Below the pieces are notes generated by a model. It searched no databases. It saw only the letters and a list, made by a program, of their open reading frames with translations, and had not been told where the DNA came from. 64,000 bases of DNA, taken from positions 2,880,001 to 2,944,000 of the forward strand of contig OZ246001.1 in the NCBI GenBank assembly GCA_965230295.1, written 5' to 3'. A program made the translations under genes and the position numbers. Every line of letters starts with the position of its first letter. The first letter of the stretch is position 1. This DNA is from Marinicella sp. (GTDB lineage: Bacteria > Pseudomonadota > Gammaproteobacteria > Xanthomonadales > Marinicellaceae). Below are positions 1-9,580 of this stretch, one piece after another.

Positions 1-28
1 CGACTTGGCAAGCCATTTTATGACATAA

Positions 29-73
29 AATCACGTCAGGTTTGAGGTTATTTGCCTTAAACCTGACGTGATT
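29..73. repeat. Long inverted repeat downstream of the FG-GAP gene (terminator or REP-like palindrome)
   Basis: AATCACGTCAGGTTTGAGG...CCTTAAACCTGACGTGATT: about 19-bp stem with one G-T pair, 14 nt past the stop codon; no clear U-tract. Confidence 0.6.
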
Positions 74-86
74 GAGCGAGTTAAAT

Positions 87-1676
87 TCATCCTTTAGATA
101 CAGCAAAGTCAAAACCATCTTTGTAAATAATATCCGGGTTGAGGTAAAACACCTCAAGTGCTGCTCCAGAGTCGATTTCATTATCAGCGGATTCATCACC
201 CGGTATGCCAATCAGTAAGGTGGGTCCAAGGTATCCATCACCATTGGTAAAGGAAAAACCAAAATTATCATCGGCTTGTTCGCCACTCAAAGAGCTGCTT
301 TCATTGAAATCCAGACCGGTTGCTATGCCAGGGATGATATAAACGATACCTGATTGGTTACCATTGAATGACTCGAATGGCACACCCACAATCACTTCTG
401 CCATTTGATTGACATCCAAGTCTGCTGTACTGACACTGAAACCAAACCAGTCATTAGTTTCTACAGAACCGGAAATGCCTGAAGTTTGTTGGCTGAAAGT
501 CAGACTACCTGTGCTTGTCAGCCCGGTCATTGAACCAGGCAGTAAATGTGCTGCGCCGGCGTCAACGATGTTGCCTATGTCTTCTAATGGGGTACCGATG
601 ATGAGGTCATCATGACCGTCACCATTGACATCACCTGTTGCCAAAGCATACCCAAAAACATCCAATGGTTCAGTGACTGCTCCGGTTATGTCGCTTTGTT
701 CCCAGATTTGATCATCGTTGATTAAACCCAACGAGTTGCCATAAATTACTTGGACTAAACCGGCAAATGTATCTCCACCAATGGTTTCATAAGGCACACC
801 AATGGCCAAATCATCATAGCCATTGTTGTTGAAATCACCTGCAGCTAAAGAAAATCCAAAAAAGTCATTGGTTTCACTGGTGCCAATGATGTTTGGGCTC
901 GATTGGCTTAGGCTGTCTCTGATGATGTGGCTCAGTCCCATGTTGGGTGTATTGACTTGTCCGCCGTAATAAATAAACACTGAACCTCCATTGTCCACGC
1001 CAGGAAAATTTTGACCAGGAGCACCGACCACCAAATCTGCAAACCCATCTTGGTTGAAATCTCCTGTGGTGAGTGATAAACCGAAGTTGGCAAATGCTTG
1101 TCTGTCAGTCCCCACTTGTGCATCGGCATCGGCATCAATGAATTGTCCTGTGACTGATATACCGTTGGCTGAGCCATAGTGAACATAAACGGCACCTGTG
1201 TCTTCAAATTCAACCATGGCTTGATTGATGAAGTTTTTAAAAGGGGCGCCGACTGCCAAATCATCAAAGCCATCGTTGTTATAGTCTCCAGTGGTTAAAC
1301 TGGTGCCAAATTCTTCACCTTCTTCTACAGCGCCACTGAGCAACAACATGCTGTCTGTATTGGTGATGCCATATTGTGCTCCATACATCACTATGATGGC
1401 ACCCGCGTCAGATAAAAAGAAGTTTCTTTTGGGGGCGCCAAAAACCACATCCATCAACCCATCTCCATTGAAATCGCCACTGGCCATTGTGTGACCAAAT
1501 CGATCACCCGGTTGTGTTTCATTGGCTCCTGCATTGGCTTGATCTATGTCCCATAAGGCACCAAAAAATGGATCAATGGTTTTTGTTGCCAATTCACCTG
1601 GAATGGATTGTGCAGTGGATTGTTCGCCAGATAAACACATGGCTGCAAAAAATGCTCCCGCAATAAATTTATTCAT
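87..1676 (-). CDS. Secreted FG-GAP repeat (integrin-alpha-like beta-propeller) protein
   Basis: About seven FG...GDFNxDGxxDLxxGAP repeats. Start moved from 1757 to ATG 1676 (GGAG RBS, signal peptide MNKFIAGAFFAAMCLS). Ends ...DIIYKDGFDFAVSKG. Confidence 0.9.
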   Translation of the reverse strand: MNKFIAGAFFAAMCLSGEQSTAQSIPGELATKTIDPFFGALWDIDQANAGANETQPGDRFGHTMASGDFNGDGLMDVVFGAPKRNFFLSDAGAIIVMYGAQYGITNTDSMLLLSGAVEEGEEFGTSLTTGDYNNDGFDDLAVGAPFKNFINQAMVEFEDTGAVYVHYGSANGISVTGQFIDADADAQVGTDRQAFANFGLSLTTGDFNQDGFADLVVGAPGQNFPGVDNGGSVFIYYGGQVNTPNMGLSHIIRDSLSQSSPNIIGTSETNDFFGFSLAAGDFNNNGYDDLAIGVPYETIGGDTFAGLVQVIYGNSLGLINDDQIWEQSDITGAVTEPLDVFGYALATGDVNGDGHDDLIIGTPLEDIGNIVDAGAAHLLPGSMTGLTSTGSLTFSQQTSGISGSVETNDWFGFSVSTADLDVNQMAEVIVGVPFESFNGNQSGIVYIIPGIATGLDFNESSSLSGEQADDNFGFSFTNGDGYLGPTLLIGIPGDESADNEIDSGAALEVFYLNPDIIYKDGFDFAVSKG

Positions 1677-1904
1677 ATAAGACTCCTGTTTTAGTGTGAA
1701 TAACTTAGAAGATGCATGTTTGTTGCTAATCGCACATGAGAAGTGGCAATTAATCATGCACAGGTGTCACGTTGAAAAAATTTCAGTGGGCTGTTCAAAG
1801 CATCATTGAAGTATCAGTCTGGATACATACACTGGGTATATAGCGAATCATGAGGGTGATGGATCAGTAAGGGCACAGTTTTCTGAAGCAAAGAAGCGTG
1901 TGAA

Positions 1905-4292
1905 TTAATGCTTCATGGCTGCCAGGTGCTTACCAGCACTCAATGTGGATGGGTCATCAGCACCAAGCACTGTTGTTTTGGTTTGAACCAACCGATCCAT
2001 CCGGTCTACAGCGTCAGGTTGTCCTTGCAAATGCTGCGACCAAATGAGGTGCTCTTCAATGTCTAGAGTCAAACGGTGCTGAACAGGTAATTGGCTGCCG
2101 GCTATTTGTAATAAATTTTGGGCAAGTGATACAGCTGCAGTTAATTTTTTTGATTCAGTATAGAAAATAACCAAATTAAGTCGGGCCTCTATGTGTTGTT
2201 GGCTGTCATCACCGTGCTTTAGTTTTTCGCTGGCAATGATTTCCTGGATGGTTTGTTCAGCCAAGACCCAATCACCATTTTTTTGATAATACCCAGCGAT
2301 CATGTTTTTAAATGTTAACGTCATACCACCATCCGGCCCGTATACTTGATATACATAAGGCATAAACGGCACGATGGTATCAATGGCTTGAAGGTGGTTA
2401 CCTGTTTGTGAATAAGCATCCGCCAGATTGATTCGGGCGATCAATGTGCTGGAATGTTCTTCACCCAAAAAACCAGTCATTTTTTTGACCACAGATTCCA
2501 GCTCTGTGATGCCTTTGTTGATTGTGTTTGTATCATAAGTCAACACAGTCGCTGCTGCGCCCATGGCAATCAGCGTGTCGAGATTTTTTTCACCATAATA
2601 AGTTGTGAAATTCTGAATCGACAGTTGATAAAAGTCATAAGCCTTGGCAAACTGCTCTTTGATTTCGTAATGATTTCCTTCCACCAAATAAATGTTGGCT
2701 AACGCAGCTTCTTTTTTTGCACTGCGTTGCCATAAGGTCTTGGCTTGTGCGATCAATGGTGGTACTTTGTCTAACTGGTAGCTTTCATTGTAAGTATATA
2801 TCAAAGTGATTAATGCACTGAGTTGAGCAGTTGCATCTTGGTCAGAGACGGGTTTGATTTTTATGGCCTCTAACAACAACGCTTCAGATTCTTGGTAATT
2901 TTTATTTTCATTCAAACCTGCACTTTTTTGCATCAACAAGTCTAAACGGTGTGACGAAGATAAATCTTTGTCGGCCAACAGTTGGGTTGCCAGATCAATG
3001 GCCATCTGATGTTTACCCTGGTGTCGGTAGGTTCTGACCAGTTGTAACAGGCTTTCAGAGCGTTGTTTTTTCGATATTTCATGGTTGTTGATCAGTAACG
3101 TTTCTGCTTCAGCCAAAACATCTACCAGCAAGACATCTTTACCTGATTCAATGGGTGATGATTTCATCAGTATGTTGCTTAAGATGGTGTTCATCGCTTG
3201 CGTTTCTTTTTGTGCCTGGGTTGTCTTGTAATTGCTGTACAGTGAGATCAAAGTAATGCCAGCTGCCAAGCTGAGTAGAGATGTGATGGCGATTCGTTTC
3301 GCTTTTCTGGCTGGGCTGCTAATGATCTTATTGATGGTTCGAGCTACTGAGTGTATGTGCGGCCTGTCAGATGGATTTGTTTGTACCATGGATAAAATCA
3401 ACTGACGCCAAGCTTTTGGCCCACGGATTTTGTGTTGCAGGGATGACAATGAGCCAATGTTTTGCTTGATGTCATTTAAAGCCATGTCGGCCAAAGGATG
3501 TGCTTCGGCAGACATGTGCCAAAACACCAGGCCAAGGGTAAAGACATCGGTGGCTTGTGATGCCATTTCTCCCAGAAATTGCTCTGGTGCCATTGCCATG
3601 GGGCTGGCTTGTTGAATGTATGCTTCTGTCGATTTTGTATCGTTTTTACGGCTCGATCCAAAGTCCAACAAAATGGCACCCCTTTCAGGTTGCAACATCA
3701 CATTCAGTGACTTGATGTCGCCGTGAACCAATTGGTTATTGTGAATGGCCGTGACAGCCTGAGTTAATTGATTGGCAAACTTCAATATTTGTGGCCAGTT
3801 CAGTGGTGTATTGGCCAGTTGTTCACTGAGCAACGTTCCATCCAGATAGTCACTCCAATATCCGGCAATATTTTGGTCGATTGTGGCTCCATGTATCGCC
3901 AGAACGTGTGGATGCCTGACCGTAGCCATATAACGGGCTTCGTCCAAAAACTGTTGCTGGCTGATATACAATTGACTTTTCTTACTTAAGAATTTAACCG
4001 CTACTTGGCTGTCTAGAATGGGGTCGTAGGCACAGTACACTTCGCCAATACCTCCATGACCAATTTTTTCGGTGATTTGCAGGTGAGCCCAATGGTCGCC
4101 AGATTTCATTTGTAAAGTTGCAAATTTCCCGTGCTTCCTGATATTTCTGGTGATGCGGTCAATTTTTTGCAATGCAGCCAAGATGTCATGATTTGAATTG
4201 GTCGAGGTTTTGTCTGCGAGATGATGGGTTTGTTCACCATCATTGATTTTTCCGGCAGCTTTCAAAATCTCTTCATCAGATGAGCCTGTCAT
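1905..4292 (-). CDS. Membrane-anchored Hanks-type Ser/Thr protein kinase with periplasmic TPR-like repeats
   Basis: GHGGIG loop, VAVK, HGDIKSLN, DFG and APE motifs; one TM (IAITSLLSLAAGITLISLY); helical repeats of the LGxxHxxTL type in the C-terminal half. Confidence 0.9.
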   Translation of the reverse strand: MTGSSDEEILKAAGKINDGEQTHHLADKTSTNSNHDILAALQKIDRITRNIRKHGKFATLQMKSGDHWAHLQITEKIGHGGIGEVYCAYDPILDSQVAVKFLSKKSQLYISQQQFLDEARYMATVRHPHVLAIHGATIDQNIAGYWSDYLDGTLLSEQLANTPLNWPQILKFANQLTQAVTAIHNNQLVHGDIKSLNVMLQPERGAILLDFGSSRKNDTKSTEAYIQQASPMAMAPEQFLGEMASQATDVFTLGLVFWHMSAEAHPLADMALNDIKQNIGSLSSLQHKIRGPKAWRQLILSMVQTNPSDRPHIHSVARTINKIISSPARKAKRIAITSLLSLAAGITLISLYSNYKTTQAQKETQAMNTILSNILMKSSPIESGKDVLLVDVLAEAETLLINNHEISKKQRSESLLQLVRTYRHQGKHQMAIDLATQLLADKDLSSSHRLDLLMQKSAGLNENKNYQESEALLLEAIKIKPVSDQDATAQLSALITLIYTYNESYQLDKVPPLIAQAKTLWQRSAKKEAALANIYLVEGNHYEIKEQFAKAYDFYQLSIQNFTTYYGEKNLDTLIAMGAAATVLTYDTNTINKGITELESVVKKMTGFLGEEHSSTLIARINLADAYSQTGNHLQAIDTIVPFMPYVYQVYGPDGGMTLTFKNMIAGYYQKNGDWVLAEQTIQEIIASEKLKHGDDSQQHIEARLNLVIFYTESKKLTAAVSLAQNLLQIAGSQLPVQHRLTLDIEEHLIWSQHLQGQPDAVDRMDRLVQTKTTVLGADDPSTLSAGKHLAAMKH

Positions 4293-4831
4293 GCCATGAC
4301 CTCTGCGAGTTTTACCAGAGCCCTGCTGATGAACATGCGAGTGGCGTTGGCCGAAGGCCGTTCCATCATGTCGCAGATTTCTTGATGTGAAAATCCAAAC
4401 TCCATGCGTAAAATGACTGCTTCGTTCTCATCAGTTGTGAGCTTGTTTAAGGCTTCATCATAAGCAATCAAGGTATTGAGGTCATTATCATAAGCCAGTT
4501 TTTGGTCATGACTGAATTGAGTGATGGATTGTTGGAATGGTTTGTTTTTGCGCAATTCTTGTTTGATTTGATTGATGAATATGGTGCGCAAGTAGGTGAA
4601 AAATGCACCTGGACGGTTGGCTTTGATGTTGTTGATGTTTTTGAAAGCCAGCATCATGGTGTCCTGGACGACATCTTCTGTCTCCATGAACCCCCTGGCT
4701 TGTGCAGGGATGCGACCATGGGCCCAGCGCAACAGAGCGGGTTGAAAGATGGCAAACAGCTGCTCACAAGACGCTTCATCCCCTTGTTTAAATTTTTTTA
4801 ACAGAATGGCGGTGGTTGAAAAGTCTTGCAA
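4289..4831 (-). CDS. ECF-family RNA polymerase sigma factor
   Basis: Region 2 (GDEASCEQL...ETEDVVQDT...YLRTI) and region 4 HTH (GFSHQEICDMM...RMFISRAL); ATGA overlap with the kinase gene. Confidence 0.88.
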   Translation of the reverse strand: MQDFSTTAILLKKFKQGDEASCEQLFAIFQPALLRWAHGRIPAQARGFMETEDVVQDTMMLAFKNINNIKANRPGAFFTYLRTIFINQIKQELRKNKPFQQSITQFSHDQKLAYDNDLNTLIAYDEALNKLTTDENEAVILRMEFGFSHQEICDMMERPSANATRMFISRALVKLAEVMA

Positions 4832-4907
4832 AATTAATGTCTGCTATTGAACAGACAATCATTATACACGTTAGCGTTGTCAGCTGCAGTGATCAGGAAT
4901 ACAAAGG

Positions 4908-5504
4908 TCAGTCCGTTGACCAGGAAGCAGTTTGTTCGGTGTTCTTGCCTTGCTTACATGGTTTGAAGGCGCAACTGTTGAGCGGGTCTCTGGTAACAAA
5001 AGTGCCATCAGCGCATTTTTTCACATCATCTGTACAAATCATGGGCTTGGCAGGTTTTGTTTCATTCGCACCAAGGCAAGGCTTGAAGGCACAATTGTTA
5101 TTGGAATCCCTGCCAACATAGCTGCCGTCAGGACATTGTTTTACTTCTTGGGTACACATCATCGGTACTTTAGGGAAGGATTCTTTGGGGTCAGGAGTTG
5201 AATCGACCTGATCAGGACATGCCTTAAACTCACAATGGTTGTTTTGGTCCCTGAAGACGAAAGTACCATCAGGACATTGCTTCATGTCTTCTGGGCATGC
5301 CGTGACTTCGCGAGGTGCCGGGCAATCAAAAAATTCGCATTGATTGTTGGGGTCACGGCCGACAGTTTGGCCGTCGTCACACACCTTCAAGTCTTTGGTG
5401 CACGCTTTGAATGCAATGGCTTCTTCTGTGGTTTCTGATTGTTTGCTTTGTTGTTGACACGCAGACAGGGCCACCCATAGGGTGACAAGTATGATATTTT
5501 TCAC
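4908..5504 (-). CDS. Lipoprotein with four tandem 4-Cys repeats
   Basis: Lipobox LSAC; four copies of C-x6-C-x-DG-x2-V-x-RD-x4-C-x-F-x2-C; GTG start overlaps the upstream stop (GTGA). Confidence 0.85.
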   Translation of the reverse strand: MKNIILVTLWVALSACQQQSKQSETTEEAIAFKACTKDLKVCDDGQTVGRDPNNQCEFFDCPAPREVTACPEDMKQCPDGTFVFRDQNNHCEFKACPDQVDSTPDPKESFPKVPMMCTQEVKQCPDGSYVGRDSNNNCAFKPCLGANETKPAKPMICTDDVKKCADGTFVTRDPLNSCAFKPCKQGKNTEQTASWSTD

Positions 5505-5983
5505 AGGCCTTTTTCCCAGAACATGGCGGCACCATTGCTGTCATCCAGCTTGTATTGGTTGAAACCATATTTTTCATAAGCGGATTGAGCGATGGAGTTG
5601 CCTTCCAAGACCTCAAGGGTCAGTTTGCAACAGCCTTTGTCTTTGGCGAGCTGTTCCACCTCATCAAACATTTTTCGACTGATGCCCATACGGCGGTACT
5701 CACTGGCCACCACCACATCATGGATGTTCACCAATGGTTTGCAGGCAAATGTAGAAAACCCTTCAAAGCAATTGGTGAGGCCAGCTGGTTGGCCATCCAC
5801 ATAAGCAATTAAGCTGAATGCATCGGTACGCTTGGCCAACTCCGGGACCAAGTTTTGTGCAGTGAAATCACTCAAGGCCACACCACCGCCCATCGGGTCG
5901 GTGGCATAGCAATCTAACAACTCAATCATGTGTAAAGCATGTTGTGGGTTGTCGTAATCAACTTGAACGATTTCAATACCCAT
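5501..5983 (-). CDS. GNAT family N-acetyltransferase
   Basis: NIHDVVV..YRRMGI acetyl-CoA loop, KLTLEVLEGN, AYEKYGF. Confidence 0.9.
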   Translation of the reverse strand: MGIEIVQVDYDNPQHALHMIELLDCYATDPMGGGVALSDFTAQNLVPELAKRTDAFSLIAYVDGQPAGLTNCFEGFSTFACKPLVNIHDVVVASEYRRMGISRKMFDEVEQLAKDKGCCKLTLEVLEGNSIAQSAYEKYGFNQYKLDDSNGAAMFWEKGL

Positions 5984-5986
5984 TGA

Positions 5987-6763
5987 TCAGTCGTTTTGGA
6001 ACCTGGCCAACAAACGCAACAGCTCGATATACAACCAAACGATGGTAACCATCAAGCCGAAAGCACCATACCATTCCATAAATTTAGGTGTGTTTTGCTC
6101 TGAAGCCCGTTCAATGAAGTCAAAATCTAAAACCAAACTCAACGCAGCAACACCAACAATCACCAGGTTTAAACCGATGTTGAACAGGCTGTTGTTGCCG
6201 ATTTCAAAATAACTTGGGGCGGCGCCAAAGAAATGAGCAATGAAGCTCACCAAGTAAAACAAGCCGATGCCCATAATGGCAAAAGCCATGATTTTTTTGA
6301 ATGTGCCGGTCACTTTGATGATGCCAGTGCGGTAGCAAAATAACATGGAAAACATCACAGCTGCTGTCAATCCCAAAGCTTGTATGACTAAACCTGGGTA
6401 AACAGATTCAAATACAGCTGAAATGGCACCAACAAATAATCCTTCGAAGACTGCTACAATGGGTGCTCCAATGGGTGCTGTGGTGGGTTTAAAAGAAACC
6501 ACCAGACTGGCAACCAAGGCACCAATAATTCCTGTTATAACCAGCCCATAGCCCAAACCTGGGTTGGTCAGGATGGTGTTCCAGGAAAAGGCACCCACTG
6601 CCACCACGATCATCAGCAAAATACCGGTTTTATTAACCGTGCCATTGATCGTCATGCGTTGGTTGTCGTCGACTATCAGTTCATCCACTGGTCCAAGACT
6701 CAGGGATTGTTGTTCCATTTTAGCCATCGCCGGGTTCGATGATTTCATTCCATTTAAGTTCAT
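5987..6763 (-). CDS. Bax inhibitor-1/YccA family membrane protein
   Basis: About 7 TM; MT..GTVNKT, LVLDFDFIE, EWYGAFGLMVTIVWLYIELLRLL signature. Confidence 0.88.
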   Translation of the reverse strand: MNLNGMKSSNPAMAKMEQQSLSLGPVDELIVDDNQRMTINGTVNKTGILLMIVVAVGAFSWNTILTNPGLGYGLVITGIIGALVASLVVSFKPTTAPIGAPIVAVFEGLFVGAISAVFESVYPGLVIQALGLTAAVMFSMLFCYRTGIIKVTGTFKKIMAFAIMGIGLFYLVSFIAHFFGAAPSYFEIGNNSLFNIGLNLVIVGVAALSLVLDFDFIERASEQNTPKFMEWYGAFGLMVTIVWLYIELLRLLARFQND

Positions 6764-6941
6764 AGGTCATACCTCATTAATTAATTTTAGGGTTAAATCA
6801 TTATAGCAATGATTCATTCATGCGCTCAAGTCATTATATGGGTGCCATTCGTCACGAATCAATCATTACTGGCTGCATTTTCTTGCTTCATCTGTAACTC
6901 TTTGGCCTTTCTTGCGTTTATCGGGTAACAGCTTTGTTACA

Positions 6942-8039
6942 TCACGACCTTTGATTCATATATGACTTGGCTTGGGTCATGATGTTAACAAAAGCAGCTT
7001 GGTTGTCCTGATGAATCATCTGTATGATTCTTTGCACCGCATCTGACAGGGCATTGAGTGTGGTTGGACTGTAGTGATTGAGTTTTTGAATCTCGTAATA
7101 CAGGTTTGGATTCTCATTGGAGACACTGCTGGCAATACCCAACTGGGCATCGAATGTGGTGCTGGAAAGTTTGGACAGTGCATCAGCAGCTTCACCAGAT
7201 TCAGACAGCACTGTCATAAAGGCGATGTTGATCACGTGTGATAAACCAAGTACATAAGCAATGAGGCGGTCATGATCTTCGAATTTCATGTCGATCCGTT
7301 CTGCCATGGTCGGTTGAAACAGTTGTTTGACCTGATTGACCGCTTCTTCATTGCCCATATCGATAAAAATCACATGTTTACCTGACATCAACTGAATGTC
7401 TGGGCCAAACATGGGGTGAATCGACACCACTTTACAGCCAGAGTCAGCCAATTGCCGCAAAGGTAAGCGCAACGGGCTTTTGATGGAACTGATGTCCAAA
7501 ACAATGCCAGATGGTTTTAAATGGCATAATTGTTGAATGATCTCTGCACTTTTTTGAATCGGGGTGGCAATGATGACATAGTCATGGTCCAAATCTATTG
7601 AGGTGTAATCAGCAACAAAATTTTGTTGGTTACTCAACGGTTCCAGGTCGCTGATATAAACATCAAAGTTTTGTGAGGTCAGAAAGTGGGCAAACCATTG
7701 TCCCATTTTGCCATTACCACCAATGATCAATGCTGATTTGTTGGAGCCATAATTGGATTCTTTCACTTTCTGAATTTCTTGTTTACTCAGTGATGTTTCT
7801 ATCACCAGCTCAAAGATACGTTGTGCGATTTCAGGATCCAAGCCTTGGTCCCTGGCATGATTTTTAATCTTATTAATGACCTGTTTTTCCCGTTGATAGT
7901 CCCTGGTGGGTGAATTTGTGCTCAACTTCACGTTTCCGATTTGTTCAACATTAAACTGACGTTCAGCTATCAACGATATAATTTGTCCATCGATTTCATC
8001 TAATTTTCTGCGTAATTGGTCAAGTTTTTTATTATCCAT
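6942..8039 (-). CDS. tyrA: Bifunctional chorismate mutase/prephenate dehydrogenase
   Basis: N-terminal AroQ-type CM domain (LRRKLDEID..LIAER..IG..K, RDYQRE); GGNGKMG, DISSIK, SIHPMFGP, HDRLIA. Confidence 0.9.
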   Translation of the reverse strand: MDNKKLDQLRRKLDEIDGQIISLIAERQFNVEQIGNVKLSTNSPTRDYQREKQVINKIKNHARDQGLDPEIAQRIFELVIETSLSKQEIQKVKESNYGSNKSALIIGGNGKMGQWFAHFLTSQNFDVYISDLEPLSNQQNFVADYTSIDLDHDYVIIATPIQKSAEIIQQLCHLKPSGIVLDISSIKSPLRLPLRQLADSGCKVVSIHPMFGPDIQLMSGKHVIFIDMGNEEAVNQVKQLFQPTMAERIDMKFEDHDRLIAYVLGLSHVINIAFMTVLSESGEAADALSKLSSTTFDAQLGIASSVSNENPNLYYEIQKLNHYSPTTLNALSDAVQRIIQMIHQDNQAAFVNIMTQAKSYMNQRS

Positions 8040-8119
8040 GATTGATTGTCAGCAAAAATAGGAGTAGATTGTTACAGTATATGAATTATTTATCAAATGT
8101 TTTATCTGGGAGAAGAGAT

Positions 8120-8821
8120 ATGAAAAAATTATTATTAATTATTGCGGCCGTGATGGTGTCAGGCTCTGGAATAGCCAAAGACCGTGCTGTTGTTGCAGTG
8201 TTGGATTTCACCAACGAAACCCGTGCCCATTGGTGGCAGACCGATGTGGGTCGTGAGCTCGGTGGCATGTTGGCCAATGAATTGGTTTCAACTGGTGCTT
8301 TCAAAGTGGTCGAAAGACAAAAATTAAACAGTGTGTTGAGCGAACAAGATCTGGGAGCCTCAGGGCGGGTATCAAAGTCTTCAGCTGCCAAAATGGGTAA
8401 GGTTACCGGTGCACAGTACTTGATCACTGGTAATGTGGCAGCCTATGAAGAAAACACTTCTGGTGGCGGTGGTGGTATCAGCATCAAAGGTATTTCATTG
8501 GGCGGCAAGCGCAACAAGGCTTATTTGGCCATTGATTTACGCGTCGTTAACGCAACCACTGGTGAAGTTGAGTATGTCAGAACCGTTGAAGGCCATTCAA
8601 AAGGTGGTGGTATGAGCGTGGGATTCCACCGTGGTGGTTTTGGTGGTTCTTTAGGCGGCCATAAAAAGACCCCTGCGGGTAAAGCCATTCGTGCCGCTTT
8701 GATTGAAGCCACAGATTACCTGGCTTGTGTGATGTATGACCAAGACAGTTGTATGAAAGAGTACCGTGACAAAGAAAGAAATCGTCGCAAGAAATCTAAA
8801 TCTTCGTTGTCACTTGATTGA
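8120..8821 (+). CDS. CsgG/HfaB-family exported protein
   Basis: VAVLDF, FKVVERQKLNSVLSEQDL, GKVTGAQYLITG, IDLRVVNATTGEV. Start moved to ATG 8120 (signal peptide MKKLLLIIAAVMV). Confidence 0.85.
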   Translation: MKKLLLIIAAVMVSGSGIAKDRAVVAVLDFTNETRAHWWQTDVGRELGGMLANELVSTGAFKVVERQKLNSVLSEQDLGASGRVSKSSAAKMGKVTGAQYLITGNVAAYEENTSGGGGGISIKGISLGGKRNKAYLAIDLRVVNATTGEVEYVRTVEGHSKGGGMSVGFHRGGFGGSLGGHKKTPAGKAIRAALIEATDYLACVMYDQDSCMKEYRDKERNRRKKSKSSLSLD

Positions 8822-8840
8822 TCAGCTGATTGAGTCAAAT

Positions 8841-8871
8841 AAAAAAGACCGATTGAATCGGTCTTTTTTTT
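8841..8871. terminator. Bidirectional rho-independent terminator
   Basis: AAAAAAGACCGATT-G-AATCGGTCTTTTTTTT between convergent genes. Confidence 0.9.
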
Positions 8872-8888
8872 GGTCAAAATTTTATTAT

Positions 8889-9407
8889 TTAGGGAGTCGT
8901 TGGCGGCAAGATCACAGTATCAATCACGTGAATGACACCATTTGAAGTGCCAATGTCAGTGGTCACAACATTGCTGTTACCATTCAATACCACACCACCG
9001 TCTTTGACCATGATGTCTACGTTGGAACCTTGAACCGTTGTGGCTTCAGTTAAATTGACCACATCTTTGGCTTTCACTTTGCCTGATACCACGTGATAAG
9101 TCAGGATGGCAGCCAATTGATCTTTGTTCTCAGGTTTCAATAAGTTTTCGATGGTGCCAGCTGGTAACTTGGCGAAAGCCTCATCAGTTGGGGCGAAAAC
9201 AGTGAACGGGCCATCACCCTTTAATGTATCAACCAAACCAGCGGCTTTTACAGCTGCCACCAAGGTATTGAATGAGCCGGCAGATACCGCGGTATCAACA
9301 ATGTCTTTGCTCTTTTTCTTGTAGCTACCACCGGCGATGGCACTCATGGTGAAAATGGCCATCATGGCGATGGTTAATAGTTTTGAAGTTTTGGTCATAA
9401 TATTCAT
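8889..9407 (-). CDS. Secreted fasciclin (FAS1) domain protein
   Basis: [18 protein letters not shown] and [13 protein letters not shown] motifs; signal peptide. Confidence 0.95.
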   Translation of the reverse strand: MNIMTKTSKLLTIAMMAIFTMSAIAGGSYKKKSKDIVDTAVSAGSFNTLVAAVKAAGLVDTLKGDGPFTVFAPTDEAFAKLPAGTIENLLKPENKDQLAAILTYHVVSGKVKAKDVVNLTEATTVQGSNVDIMVKDGGVVLNGNSNVVTTDIGTSNGVIHVIDTVILPPTTP

Positions 9408-9580
9408 TTTTATTTCTCTTATAGTTAGGTAAAAAGTCTTTACATCCGATTTTAATTAAATCGTGCTGTACATATTAAAACCGCGTTTGTCGATGATCTG
9501 TGAGGAATGGAGTGGAATCAGTTCACGCTGAATTCACAGGAAGCAGATAGATTAAATACCCTTGTTAAATTCAGGCTGTA

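Noticed and set aside
9408-9580. RpoE/ChrR-type promoter for the fasciclin and CIA30 genes
   Set aside because: The gene pair fits that kind of stress regulon, but I found no correctly spaced TGATCC...CGTA-like element.
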